NCBI GenBank assembly: GCA_964016885.1
Contig: OZ024752.1
Span: 20,956,001 to 21,020,000 of the forward strand
Source: Eledone cirrhosa
Lineage: Eukaryota
Direction: 5' to 3'
DNA: 64,000 nucleotides
In this document: piece after piece, positions 48,770-62,879 of the stretch
Numbering within the stretch: position 1 is the stretch's first letter
How the letters are laid out: the number at the start of each line of letters is the position of its first letter
Notes under the pieces: model-generated
The model's database searches: none
Told to the model about the DNA's origin: nothing
Seen by the model: the letters and a program-made list of their open reading frames with translations, nothing else
Made by a program: the position numbers and the translations under genes

Positions 48770-50506
48770 TAACATTATTCTAGAATTTAATTTAATTTAA
48801 ATGTTAGTTAACCTATAAATTTAATTTAATTAATATTTTATTACAGATGAGAAAATATTATGTAATCATTAATTTTGAAAAACCTTTAAATATTACTAAT
48901 ATATATTCAGTAATTTAATTTATAGATTAATTTTAACTTATTTTAACCTTTTATTATAATTTTTTAATTTAGTTTAACCTTTTATTATAATTTTTTTTAT
49001 TATAAATTTTTTTTTATTATAATTCTTTTACAGATAAAATATAACAAAATAATATCATGTATCCTATGACGGAGAAAGAATTTTTAGTATTATTGACCTA
49101 ATTAATATACATTTTGGAAATATATTTATTATTTGGTTTTAGCTTTAATCAACCTAAAACTTTAATTTTAATTTTAATTTGCTTAAAATTAGTATCCTTG
49201 TACAGACGAATTGCAGAATGTCATGTAATCATAGAATGGGAGGTGTTTTTGGATATATACCTAGTTAATATATTCTGTGCAAATTTTTTGAAAAAGATAT
49301 GTATATCTATATGTATATGTATATGTGTGTGTTGTATGTGTATCTGTATGTATATTTATGTGACTATATATGTATGTATGTGTATATATATGTATATATA
49401 TATATATATATGTGTATGTATATGTATATGTATGTGTATGTGTATGTATATGTATATGTATGCGTATTAATTTTGATTTTTATTTGCATATAATTATATT
49501 ATGCTATTGATGAAATACAATATCTGCTTTATGTATTGTATACCTAATTAACATATACTAATTAACATATACTATTGAAATAAATATATAATTTTTAACT
49601 TAGTTAACATAAAATTTATAAGCTACTACCGATGTAATACTTTATTTTATTTTTATTTGGGTTTCTTTTCCCTATTACTAAATTCATCTCCTAATATTGA
49701 TACCATAACGTTATTAACTTTAATTTAGTTATAATGTAATTAATAATCTACTACTGTTTGACTTCATAATTCTGCTTCAAATATTATAAACCTAACTAAT
49801 TTACACCTTGGAAATCAATATGTTGACTATCTTTGGTTTAGTTGACATATGATTAATGGTATACTTTTTTATTTTGTGATGCATAGATTTCGTATTTCCT
49901 AGCACTGAAAATATGTAAGAACATACATTGAATTAAGATATGGAAAATATTATATGTTTCTTGAAACATATATTTATTTTGATCCCCTTCTCCAAACCCC
50001 CCCTTTCCCCCATACTATTATCATCTGTTTTTGTAAGTGTATATGTATGAATATATGTGTAGATGGGTGTCTATATAATTTTTTTGGTATTTATTTCTAA
50101 ATATAAAAATACATATATGAGCATGTAAATATGAATGTAAGATTGAGTGTGTATATATGATTGTACATACATATGTATGTATATATATGTATATATATGT
50201 ATTATATATGTACGTGTATGTGAATGTGTGGTATGTATATGTGTATGTATATGTATATATGTGTGTGTATGTGTATGCTTGTATATAGGAATATATATGT
50301 GTGTATATATGTATATATATGTATATGCGTGTTTGTATGTATGTGTATATGGGTTCTGTATATATTTGTATGTCTCTCTATTTATATGTTTATCTTCGTA
50401 TCTATGTGATATATGTGTGTGTGTGTGCACGTATGCATATGTATGTGTTTGTGTGTGTTTGTATGTGTGTGTGTATATATATATATGTATTTGCGCACAC
50501 TCACAT

Positions 50507-50541
<35 letters not shown>

Positions 50542-50628
50542 AGTGTGTATGTGTGTCTGTATGTGTGTGCGTGTGTGTATATGTGTATATATATATATAT
50601 GTGTATGTATGTGTATGTGTGTGTATAT

Positions 50629-50664
<36 letters not shown>

Positions 50665-50803
50665 ATATAGGTGTCTATGTGTGAATATATGTCTTTATTC
50701 GTATGTGTGTATTTATATATGTTTATATTTAGGTGTATGTATGTATGTGTATGTATGTATGTGTATGTATGTATATGTATGTATATGTGTATATGTGTGT
50801 ATA

Positions 50804-50840
<37 letters not shown>

Positions 50841-51051
50841 CTTTATTATTATTGTAATATAACTTATGTGTATATGTGTATAAGTGAGGTTGTGTATGTA
50901 TATATACTATGTGTATATATAAGAGTAATGAAATATATATATATATATATATATGTGCATGTCTGTATTTTATGTGTGTGTGTATATATATATGTGTATG
51001 TGTGTATATGTGTATGTGTATATATACATATATGTGTACGTGTGTGTATGT

Positions 51052-51098
<47 letters not shown>

Positions 51099-51209
51099 TG
51101 GATGTTTGTATGTGTTTTTATGGTGGTATGAGTGTGGGGTATATATGTTTGTGTATAAGTGTATGTATGTGTATGTATATATATATATGAGTCTATGTGT
51201 GTGTGTATA

Positions 51210-51256
<47 letters not shown>

Positions 51257-52027
51257 ATGTGTGTATGTGTTGCGCGTGTGTGTGTCCGTATTTATATCTT
51301 TTTTTATATGTGTATGTGTATGTTCGTGTAAATGTATGTGTGTGTATGACAGTATAGGTATGTGTGTATGTATGTATGTGTAGATATCTCTATGTGCGCG
51401 TATATGTATGTATGTGTATGTATATCTGTATGCGTATGTACATTATATTATATGTATTATATTTTATTGTTTTTATTTTTTTATTTTTCATAATTTATAG
51501 ATACATTTATATTAGGCTGTCTGGTCTGACAATCTAATACTGACCCCTCCCCCCCCTCCCACCTAATTTCTGTATCTTGATCTTGAAATGTGTGTACCAG
51601 TGTGTTTATGTGAGTGACTTAATTTCTATTTGCTTATGATTTTATATCCACATATATAAATGTGAGTGGGGGAGTGTGTGTGTTTGTGTGTTCGTGGTTA
51701 TGTGTATATTTTTATATATATACGCACATGTATGTGTGATTATACTGATATGTGTGAGTATGAAAAAAATATATTTATATGCTTGACTCCATAAGTATCA
51801 TTGCGTATCTTATCAGCGCATTAAGCTTACAGAGATATTAACCTTGACATTTTTTATTTGCATCCATCTTTTTAGTATGCACATACAAATTATACACACA
51901 TTATTGTAAAATGTGTGTAGGGTTTTACATGTATATACACACACCAAACTGCTTTTTAACCCTTTGTGTTTTCATTGGTCAATTTTGAACTGATATTTTG
52001 AATTGTTGTTATTATCAATAAATATAC

Positions 52028-52182
52028 TTCATTATTTCTGAAGACGGCGTATATATGAGTTAGGTATGTATATTTAATCTTGATAATTTGTATAATTTTG
52101 TATAATTTTGTACATAGATCTGTTAAATATGCATACCAACTATAACACATATATGCCCTAGAAACGATCGTTAAATAGTGAA
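52028..52182 (+). ncRNA. Long-stem-II hammerhead ribozyme, 3' pLTR of copy B
   Basis: ttcattattt-CTGAAGA-[52045-52160]-GAAA-cgatcg-TT-aaatagtgaa. Confidence 0.7.
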
Positions 52183-52227
52183 CTTTTTTTGTTTAATATA
52201 AGGAATTGTTTGTTCATTATTTGTTTA

Positions 52228-52235
<8 letters not shown>

Positions 52236-52319
<84 letters not shown>

Positions 52320-52428
52320 TATATACATATATATATACATATATATATATATTCATATATATATATATTCATATATATACATATACATATATATACATAT
52401 ACATATATATACATATACATATATATAC

Positions 52429-52462
<34 letters not shown>

Positions 52463-52664
52463 ACATATACATACATATACATATACATACATATACATAT
52501 ATACATATATACATATATACATATATACATATATACATATATACATATATACATATACATATATATACATATACATATATATACATATACATATATATAC
52601 ATATATACATATATATACATATATACATATATACATATATATATATACATATATATATATATAC

Positions 52665-52696
<32 letters not shown>

Positions 52697-52792
52697 ATAC
52701 ATATATATATACATATATATATATACACATATATATATATATATACACATATATATATACATATATATATATACACACATATATATATATAT

Positions 52793-52865
<73 letters not shown>

Positions 52866-53000
52866 CATTTATATACATTACATATGTATATACATATATA
52901 TATATATACATATGTATATACATATATATATATACATATATATATATATACATATATATATACATATATATATATATATACTTATATATATATATATATA
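52236..53000. repeat. (TA)n/(TACATA)n microsatellite
   Basis: Direct inspection. Confidence 0.95.
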
Positions 53001-53117
53001 TTCATTAGTTAAGCAAAGCAAGACCACAAATTTCACAAGGAAGATATTATTAAAAGATTGTCAACATATTTTAATTTGATGTAAGGAATGTAGAGAATAA
53101 TAATAATAATATTAATA

Positions 53118-53300
53118 ATAATTGTTTCTACTTTAGGCACAAGGCCAGCAAATACCCAGTACATTACTGGTACTTTATTTTATCGACCCCGTAAGGATGA
53201 AAGGCAAAGTTAACTTCGGGGGGATTTGAACTCAGATCGTAAAGGGACGTAAATATGCTGGAAAGCATGGCGCCCGACCCTCTACCGATACTGCCAATCA
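53118..53300 (-). mobile_element. tRNA-derived SINE (same family as 41630-41820)
   Basis: Reverse-complement match including the B-box and the ttgtgcctaaagtagaaacaattatt tail. Confidence 0.85.
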
Positions 53301-53513
53301 ATAATAATGTCCGTTTACAATTGTTTGGCTACTCCATATAATATTTCTGGATCAGATGACTATATATCATAATTGATCTGGTTCAGTTGAAAATAATTAA
53401 CATATTCAATAGACAGAGCGGCTCATCGGAACTTCTAACTAATTCACCAATCTCTCCTCTCATATCTCCTCTCCCATCTCCATCTCTCTCTTTAAGATTG
53501 GTTACTCTTGAAC

Positions 53514-53549
<36 letters not shown>

Positions 53550-53589
53550 CATATGCATATATACATATATATACATATACATATATATA

Positions 53590-54990
53590 TTTATATTGTA
53601 TTGGATTGTATCACCTTCCGCGGGCGTGGTGGCCGCCGCGGGGTCCGGGTTGTTGTTGGAAGGCCATTCCCCGAGGGGTCCTCCACGCTCCGATGGACAG
53701 TCATTCTGCCGCCGCGATTAACGGTCGATGTTCCCCATCTTTACCGCGTTGGTTTTGGCCCTGTAGTCGGCCATGTTAGGTGCTGTGGAGAAGGAACACT
53801 TCACCGTGCGGCGGTTGAAAATCTTTTGGTATTTGTTCGACGGCGGGAAGCACTCGTCTAATGCTTGGAAAAAAAGCCCTGGCAACGCCAGGAGGGAACG
53901 AGTGTCGGGAGGGGGAGACCCTCATGCCAGCGGAACAACACCCTGAGAATCGGGAAAGAGCCCTAGCAGATCGAGGGCCAGGCGTCCGAAGTGAACAAAA
54001 TAACCACAGAACATGTAACTGCAGAGCGGGCACCCAGTGCACCCTACATGGAAGATTCCTGACGAAGGGCCTGGTATACAAATGTGTGGTTAGCACCCAC
54101 AATGTAAAGCGCACCTACATCGGCGCAACATCCACGACCTTTAAATCGCGGATGTATAACCACAAGAACTCCTTCAAGGACCGCAGTAAGAGGCACTCAA
54201 CTAGGCTAGCAGACTTGGTGTGGGACCTGAAAGACAAAGGCACCCCATACGCCCTTGACTGGCGTATCGTTCGGCACGCGAATGCATACTCGGCTGGAAG
54301 TAGAAAGTGTAGCCTATGCCTATACGAGGCCATGGAGATAGTCAGACTGAAGGATGATGCGGTCAACCTGAAATCGGAAATTATCATGACGTGCAGACAC
54401 CAGAGAAGGTGCACACTCTCCGCATGGAATCCACCGGGAAGCCCAGGCTAAGGGCATGCGGCGGAGCACGCGCCGACCAGAGCGGTGAAACAGGTTCAAG
54501 GGATCAGACACCATACCCTGATGACTATATATGCCCCGTGGGGTAAATTGAAATAATCCGGGATACATAACCGACTCTGCACGTCACCCTAGGCAGGAAC
54601 ATCGCCTGAGCCGGGACAGGTTGACCCGGATTCCACCGACTTTCAGTCAAATACCTTACACCTATAGGACAATATACCTCAACCACAGTGACATACTCCA
54701 GTATGGCCGGTCCACGCACCCCCATGCATGTGTATCTTTTCAATCGTGAATACATACTATCCACGTGTTCCATTTTGGAACACATATTATTTGTTCCGTA
54801 TACAGACCCAAGTGTGCATCTCATACTCCCCATATGTACTATCTCATACGCATACACGTACCTTCTTTCTCCTCTTTTTTTAAATATATATCTCTATGTG
54901 ATGTTATATGCATATTTTAATATATTGTATATTTCTTTTATTGTTTTTATATGTGTGTATATGTGTATGCATATGTGTATATGTGTGTGT
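53590..54990 (+). mobile_element. GC-rich Hydra-clade-like PLE family H with 5' inversion
   Basis: Plus 53878-54451: CNCRAGTQCTL..LVYKC..YIGATSTTFKSRMYNH..CSLCLYE..NLKSEIIMTCRH; minus about 53610-53875: FFQALDECFPPSNKYQKIFNRRTVKCSFSTAPN. Confidence 0.85.
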
Positions 54991-55008
54991 ATGTAGAGAG
55001 AGATATAT

Positions 55009-56103
55009 ACCAGATAGAAAAATGCGTACAGCAAAAAAAAGTAATATTGTTGGAATATAAACCTTTAAAAATACAGGACAAGAAACTAAAATAAAACTTT
55101 AAAAGAATAGGACAAGAAACCAAGATAAAACTTTAAAAGAATAGGACAAGAAATTAAGATAAAACTTTAAAGAATTGGACAAGAAATAAAAATGTTTACA
55201 ATAATATTAGTGGCAAAATTTTTATTGGTAAAAAATCGAGTTCCACATTCATAGGCTCTGGGTTCCACATTCAGAGGTCGTCGTCAGACCGGGGGATCAT
55301 TTGATCCTGGTTTGAACACCAATTGGGCCATAACCATACCCCTATTTCATCATTCGGCGACACGCCTCATGTGTCATGCATAATGTGAATGGACCCATAG
55401 GCCCATGAGCACAGATCTTGAGCAGCAGCGGACGGTCTTGTCGTCCCGCTCATCCTTGATCTTGACCAACCCGTCCATCTTCTCCTTGCATCTTTTCCTT
55501 GAGTTCAAATCCGACAGTCCAGATGAATGCGTGCCACAGCTTTCTGGTACAGGAAGGGGGAGCAGGAGGACTGGAGGGATGACGGGACAGAGGGAGGGAA
55601 GACCGGTGGTTGAGGGAGGTGCCGTAGTCGGTGGTCAGAGTCGACATCTTGTCCCGGTCGTCTTCTCCATCTTCGTCTGGTGTTGCGGGACCAGAAGTGC
55701 ATTCTTGGAGGAGACCTGCAGCTGCATCGGCCAATTCTTCTTGCAATGGTCATTCTGACGGAGCAGAACTGCTCAGCCAACCAACCCCAACCAGAACCAA
55801 CCGCTCAGGGGCAACGCACAATGAGAGCATGACAATTATTATGCACTAATCAAGAAGATACTGGGGCATAGCACAGGAAACGAATAAAAAAATTTTGCCA
55901 CTAATATTATTGTAACATTTTTTATTTCTTGTCCAATTCTTTAAAGTTTTATCTTAGTTTCTTGTCCTATTCTTTTAAAGTTTTATCTTAGTTTCTTGTC
56001 CTATTCTTTTAAAGTTTTATTTTAGTTTCTTGTCCTGTATTTTTAAAGGTTTATATTCCAACAATATTACTTTTTTTTTGCTGTACGCATTTTTCTATCT
56101 GGT
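55009..56103. repeat. About 225-bp inverted repeats (55009-55227 / 55883-56103) with internal 31-bp tandem units, enclosing a GC-rich core
   Basis: accagatagaaaaatgcgtacagc..(aggacaagaaa..ataaaactttaaaagaat)x4..tggcaaaattttttatt and its reverse complement. Confidence 0.8.
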
Positions 56104-57547
56104 CTACTATTTTTTAAGGCAATGCAAGCAACAACTATCTAATAATTAAATGATCATAGTGAATTACTGACAAGTGATTGACATTTTAAAGTTCTTTTGA
56201 GTATAATTGCAATCTAGTTGAGGCAACTGGCTTAATGACAAAGCTAGTAAATCATGAATGCATTTGAGATGATTAGTGCATAATAGTGAATTGGTGAAAC
56301 TTGTGCATTTCAATGGTGTTACAACAATAGATGTAAGTTATATAGTAGTAATACTTTATCATTTTAACTTTTTAGAATGGACAAAAACCCATGCAAAGAA
56401 ATGACTTTGACTGCAGTGATTCTCTCCAATTTACTTACAAAGCAAAACGTGGTCAAATACCTTATCATCTCTGATAAAATGCCCATTGAATCACTGAAAA
56501 TCGGATGCATGGAATTCCTCATACAATGCACCTATGAATCGGAAACCATCACATATATCAATGGATAAAGGGAGTTGTTCACACTGGAAGACCATCACTT
56601 CATTTGTGACTTCATCAGTTCTCTCCACGATTATCTCAGACACCCAATGCCATTGGTGAGAGGTGATCTAACTAATCTTATAGAAGTTGTTATCGACCAC
56701 CTAGCTTTTAGTGACATTTGACTGATTTGACTGATAATGATGTATTTTTAAAAAGTATGTGTACATTCTTCTTACTATTTTAAGGCAATGCAAGCAACAA
56801 CTATTTAATAAAATTTAAATTTAAAAATGACCATTGTGCATTACTAGTATGATGACATTTTATTAAGTCACAAAATTAGTCAGTCAGCCATAGAACAAGG
56901 ATCAGGTGGCAAAAACATTGGCAAAAATTTGTGTCAATTTAAGATTTCCAACATTGTTCAAATGAATCATATCTGGTTTGAAGTCAGATTTGTCAAATTT
57001 TGACCAATTTTCAATGTTGTGAAGATTGGGCAAGTTCAATTTTTGAATCATTTCTTTCATGCAGTAATTAAACTTTTCCAAACGTCGTCATTTCTGGATT
57101 ACCTCCCCTAGCGTCACGCTTACTACTTACTCACTTGAACACAAGATTTATCAGCAAACTTTGATTATAAACTTTTTCCCGCTGGACCAAATTTCTAGAT
57201 TTTTAAGCCAAAAGATGCGTAATGATCTACTGTTCATGCTCATATAAGTTTTATCTCAGTTAAATAAAGTAGAGCCGCGCTGTACTGTCGTAAACAGGCG
57301 ATTGCCAACGAAAACACGACCACAACAATATTACTAAATGGACTACCGTCCGTTTAGGATGTATATGTTACGTGAATGTGTATGGATGTATGTATATGTT
57401 TACAATGTTTATATCTGTGCATGTTTAGTACAAGATACATCTTTTAATGTATGACGTTATATGTATATTTTAGTATATTGTAGTTTTTTTTTATAGATGT
57501 GTATGTGTATGTATGTACACATATATATGTGTGTGTGTGTATGTGTT

Positions 57548-57578
<31 letters not shown>

Positions 57579-57906
57579 ATGTGTTTGTATATATATATAC
57601 ATTTATGTATTTTTTTATTTACTTATTTATTAATTTATATGTGTGTATGTATACATGTATGTATGTGTATGGATGTATGTATTTGGTTATATTGTTTATA
57701 TTTGTGCATGTGTATAACAAGATGCATCCTTTCATGGATGACCCTGTACGACCCACTGTGCAGATTTATATGACTGTGAGTATATAATATTTGGGTACGG
57801 ACAGATATATGTATGTGTGTATGTATCTTTGTAGATATACGTGGGCACGGGGGTAATTGGGCGCATATTTGTTTGAATGTATATGAGCCAGTGTGTGTGT
57901 GTGTGT

Positions 57907-57980
<74 letters not shown>

Positions 57981-58038
57981 GTACGTGCACCTACTGTAAG
58001 GTAAGGGCTTGTTTGTGTGTACACTTATGTCTGTGTAC

Positions 58039-58117
<79 letters not shown>

Positions 58118-58754
58118 AATATCTTTAAGTCGTTTGGAAGCCTCGACAATGCAAATGGGTAAATCTCCGGGTAACAAGGTCCGGTGGTGGAGAGAGAGAT
58201 GTAAGTGGGCGTACGTTGAGATGCGTGGTGTGTATAAGATATGTGAGATGTGTAGAATGAAGGGAAGAGTATAAAGGATAAAATAAAAATAACAACACAA
58301 GAGAGAGTTACCTTGGGAGAGATTTAATAGTCCCTATATATTTCGGATTCACATCCATCAACTGGGGTTTTTTCCGGGGTGGGGGAAAAGGTTGTCTGTC
58401 GGACAAGTCCGGAACGCGTCCTTCGCTGTTTGTTGTTTTGAATATCTGAGGTATTCGGCAGGGCGTGCGTGCGCGTGAAATGGGGTCGGTCGTACAGAGG
58501 TTAGCGGCCGAATGAGGGAGTGGGATGGCGCTAGCTGTCAGTCCATTCTCTGCCTGTTTGTTAAATGTTACTGTGTGTGTGCGTGTGTTGTTGTCTCGCT
58601 TGAGTGTGTGTGTGCGTGTGTTATTGCCTTGTTCCTCTGTATTGGCAGTGTAGTATGTTCGTATGGTGGAATGCTACTGTGTGCGTGTGTGTGTAGTTGT
58701 CTCGTTTGCGTGTGTGTGTGTGCGTGTGTTGTGTGTTGTTGCATCGCTTGTTGC

Positions 58755-59048
58755 CAAAAGAGGATACATCACGAAAAAGATCGCGCGAATCAAAAACCGA
58801 TGCAGCGATCCCGCGAGTGGTGTCACTCATACCAAGCAATTCCTCGAGGTGCTGGAGACGAACGGGTACCCTACCTCAATCACAGACAGAATAGGAGACA
58901 CCAGACGCAAGAGACAGAGAAGCACCCAAGGCAAGTGCTTCCTTAAAATGCTACACCTGGGCGAGAAAACTACCAACGCTATCCGCAAGGCTATACGGAG
59001 GGAGGGCCTCGACATCCACCTGGCCCACTCGGGCCCCTCCCTGCGAAG
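58755..59048 (+). mobile_element. PLE RT thumb/linker fragment (non-Hydra type)
   Basis: [52 protein letters not shown], ending in (TA)n. Confidence 0.6.
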
Positions 59049-59058
59049 ATATATATAC

Positions 59059-59144
<86 letters not shown>

Positions 59145-59160
59145 ATACATATATATATAC

Positions 59161-59191
<31 letters not shown>

Positions 59192-59214
59192 CATATACAT
59201 ATCTATCTATCTAT

Positions 59215-59647
<433 letters not shown>

Positions 59648-59720
59648 ATAATAATAAAATTGAAGACTAAAATACAAAGAGGGCTCGATAAGGAAAATAT
59701 ATATCAAATATATAAGAACC

Positions 59721-59779
<59 letters not shown>

Positions 59780-59804
59780 ATATATATATATATATATATA
59801 TATA

Positions 59805-62570
59805 CGGGAGACTTCAACCTGCCAAAGGTCAAAAGGTCTGAGGGCCACCTCCTCCCTGGAATGACGTCACTAGAACAGAGGCAGACGGAGTCCCTGCTGG
59901 CCCTCACACACAGGCTGTTCATGGAACAAGCAGCACTCCTCCCAACAAGAGGCGAGAATGTCCTGGATCTCTGCTTTACAAACAAAGAAATGCTCCTCCA
60001 CAATGTAATGGTTACACCAACAATTTTCTGGGACCATAACTTAGTAGAACTAATGATATGTGGCCCGAGAGAACCAACAGAGACACAACCATCAAGAAGC
60101 ACCGGGACCTTATCCAGCCTTAACTTCTACAAGGCTAACTGGAAAAAGATCAAGAGAGAAATCCGGAAGCAAATATGGAGCGAAAACACCACCACACAAG
60201 ACACCAACACACAATTTCAACACTTCATGACAACGATACACACTACCGTATATACTCGCGTATAGGTCGAACTTTTTTAACGATAAATAAGTATAAGTTT
60301 TTGGGGTGCGACCTATCCGATCGACATCAGACTGACCAATGATTTTTCATAGACTTAATCAACGATGGGTATTTATAAAAATAACTTTGTTAATATTTTT
60401 TATTATTTAACATAATAATTTCATATATCTACCTTCTTATACATATATTTCTTGATTTTAAATTTTTTACTAAAACTTTGTAGTGTTTACGTTCTTTTCT
60501 ATCTGACCGAACCATCCGTCATTAAAATCCATAGAAATGCATACCTGGTATTTAAAATGTGATTTCATTGTCTTAGCGTTGCTATGAACACGTATTGTGA
60601 CGTATTTACTTTAACAGAAAACAGATTATTGCACGTGGCCTTTCTTTTCAAAATTAGCAAGTGAGAAAAGTTGATAGTCGAAATCTTTTTATAATTCACT
60701 GAGAAATATGAATTCTGGTAAGAGAAAAAGTTATCAAACAGTTTTCAAGTTAAAGGTAGTTGGTTATGCAGAAGAATTTGGAAATAGGTGTGAACATGTA
60801 TTGGTGTTGTATCTTTCAACCACGTTGCTGTAATATTTTCAATGGCTTCCGTCAGATCTTCGCTTTCACTTTCAAAGTAACTATCATCGTCAGAAATAAA
60901 TACGTCTGATTCATTTGAAGATAAATCACTAATATTATCTTGTGTTTCTTTTTCATTTCGAATGTCGTCACATGTAACACCTTCAAAGTCAGTATTCGCT
61001 ACTTTGGGAAGCCATGTTGATACGCTAAAAATCTGTTATACTTTCAACGTTAAAAAACACGTGTTATTTCAATTTGTTTCACTATATTAAGAGTTAATTT
61101 TCTCACTTAAAGGCTTCATCTCGCAGTAATCTTGAATTGACAAAATTTCGATGACGTTAATGTTTATTTCATAAATAAAACATGGTTTGGAGTATATATC
61201 GCAACGGTGAAGTAATGGACAGCTAACAGATTATTAGTTTCAATTATCATAAAAAATAGTAGTTTGACGGCCCAAATTTCAGTGCGACCTATCTGCGAGT
61301 CAATGGCAAATAGCCTATTTGTTAAATGAAAAGTGGGTATGCGACCTATCTGCCGGGGCGACCTATACGCGAGTATATACGGTATATGCAAAAAGTTTGT
61401 CCCGGAGAAAAAGGCAAACACACAAAAATCTTATTCCCAGAGATAGGAAAATCCTTATGAGATGAAGAACCAAGCTCTCAAACATGTTGAATGCACAACA
61501 AGAAAACAAAAACAAGAAGGAATCCTATTTGAAATGTGCACTACTTGACACCAAGATTGCACTCAAACTTTCCCATGAAAATGAGAGGGCAAAGAAAGAA
61601 TTAAAACAAACCCTAAGGCCTTCTTTAAATTTGCAAAAGAAACTGCCTCGGTACACTGCAAGATTGGGCCACTCTTCCATACAGACGGTTAATTAACCGA
61701 GAATCCCCAAGAGATAAGTGAAATACTGAACGAACAGTACAAAAGTGTGTTCACATGTCCACTGAGGCACATGCAAATAACAAAGCAAGAGGAGTTGTTT
61801 GATGCCACAACACTCCATGAAGAAATGGCGACCACCAACCAAATAGACATAACGGAGGAGGATGTAGTATATGCCATAGATGAAAGTAGAACTACTCAGC
61901 TGCTGGATCTGATGGACTCCCAGCAGTCCTCTTAAAAACATGTAAGCGGCCCTTTGCAACTCCACTGAAGACGCTCTACAGAAGCTCCTTGGCTAGCGGT
62001 GTACTACCCAGGGAGCTGAAAGAAGGCACAATATGCCCTATCCACAAAGGAGGTAGCAGAGCGGAGGCTATAAACTATAGGCCAGTCCCCTGATATCACA
62101 TATCAGTAAGGTCATGGAGCGAATCATCAGACAGAAATCACGGGGCCCTCTCAAAGGAAACATCAATAACAAGTGGAGTGCTCCAAGGCACAGTCCTGGG
62201 GCCACTACTGTTTTTGGTGGACCAACCGTCGAACAGGACGTGACTGTGTGGTCACATCTAGAGTAAGGAGCAGATATTACAATAGCCTGGGGTTCTAGGG
62301 CCCTCAACTCTCCAACAAGCTGCCGAGGGATCTGAGAGATCTGCATGGTGTGGACGTGGATGTCTTCAAGAAACATCTCGACACCTTGCTATCTAGGATC
62401 CCGGATGAGCCCACAGCAAGGCACGAAGGAAACCTAAGGGCAGCGGCAACGAACTCCCTCTTGCACCTGTGGCCAACCAATACAGGCTGGAGATAAAATG
62501 TGTAGCAACAAAGGCGGTGCCCCAGAATGGCCTCAGCCGGATGGCTGGAACAGGTAATAGAGTAAAAGTA
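59805..62570 (+). mobile_element. CR1/L2-like LINE, internally deleted and interrupted by a DNA transposon
   Basis: APE motifs [25 protein letters not shown]; NFYKANW; ICPIHKGG..NYRPV, SGVPQGTVLGPLLF-like remnant; 3' end like 33781-34082. Confidence 0.85.
60246..61382 (+). mobile_element. pogo-family DNA transposon deletion derivative
   Basis: TIRs ccgtatatactcgcgtataggtcg, TA target duplication, subterminal gcgacctat repeats, N-terminal remnant MNSGKRKSYQTVFKLKVVGYAEEFGNR at 60708. Confidence 0.85.
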
Positions 62571-62605
62571 TATATATACATATATACATATATATATATA
62601 TATAT

Positions 62606-62760
62606 GTAGACTTAGCACTTTCCTGTAAACAAGTGCCTCTTATCATGTTACCTTATTTTATCTGATCAGAACACAATTTTTGTCCCAGGATGATTTTGTA
62701 TTCGAAATGCGCATAATGAAATATATGCAACTCTTTTAACCATCTTTTAATTTCTTCTTT
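62606..62760 (+). mobile_element. Terminal fragment of a family A-related PLE with mutated HHR
   Basis: tattttat-CTGATCA..GAAA-tgcgca-TA-atgaaata..aactcttttaaccatctttt; (TA)n on both sides; begins GTAG. Confidence 0.7.
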
Positions 62761-62768
62761 ATATATAC

Positions 62769-62879
<111 letters not shown>

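Larger units (their letters stand above)
42217..52235 (+). mobile_element. Hydra-clade-like PLE family B, copy B: full unit (45915-52235) plus inverted truncated copy (42217-45917)
   Basis: 42352-45917 is the reverse complement of 48671-52235; extra 135-bp tail at 42217-42351; pLTR 45915-46038 matches 52113-52235; (TA)n flanks. Confidence 0.93.

Noticed and set aside
42217-52235. Large palindromes as assembly artefacts, or as giant TIRs of a DNA transposon
   Set aside because: The arms differ by SNPs, indels and microsatellite lengths, have unequal defined ends, include ORF sequence, and recur in several families; the encoded protein is RT-GIY-YIG. Read-level confirmation is still advisable.
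58331-58367. Minus-strand hammerhead-like fold (ccc-CAGTTGA-tgga..tcc-GAAA-tata-TA-ggg)
   Set aside because: Two core positions deviate and the stems are short; possibly a relic but not supportable.
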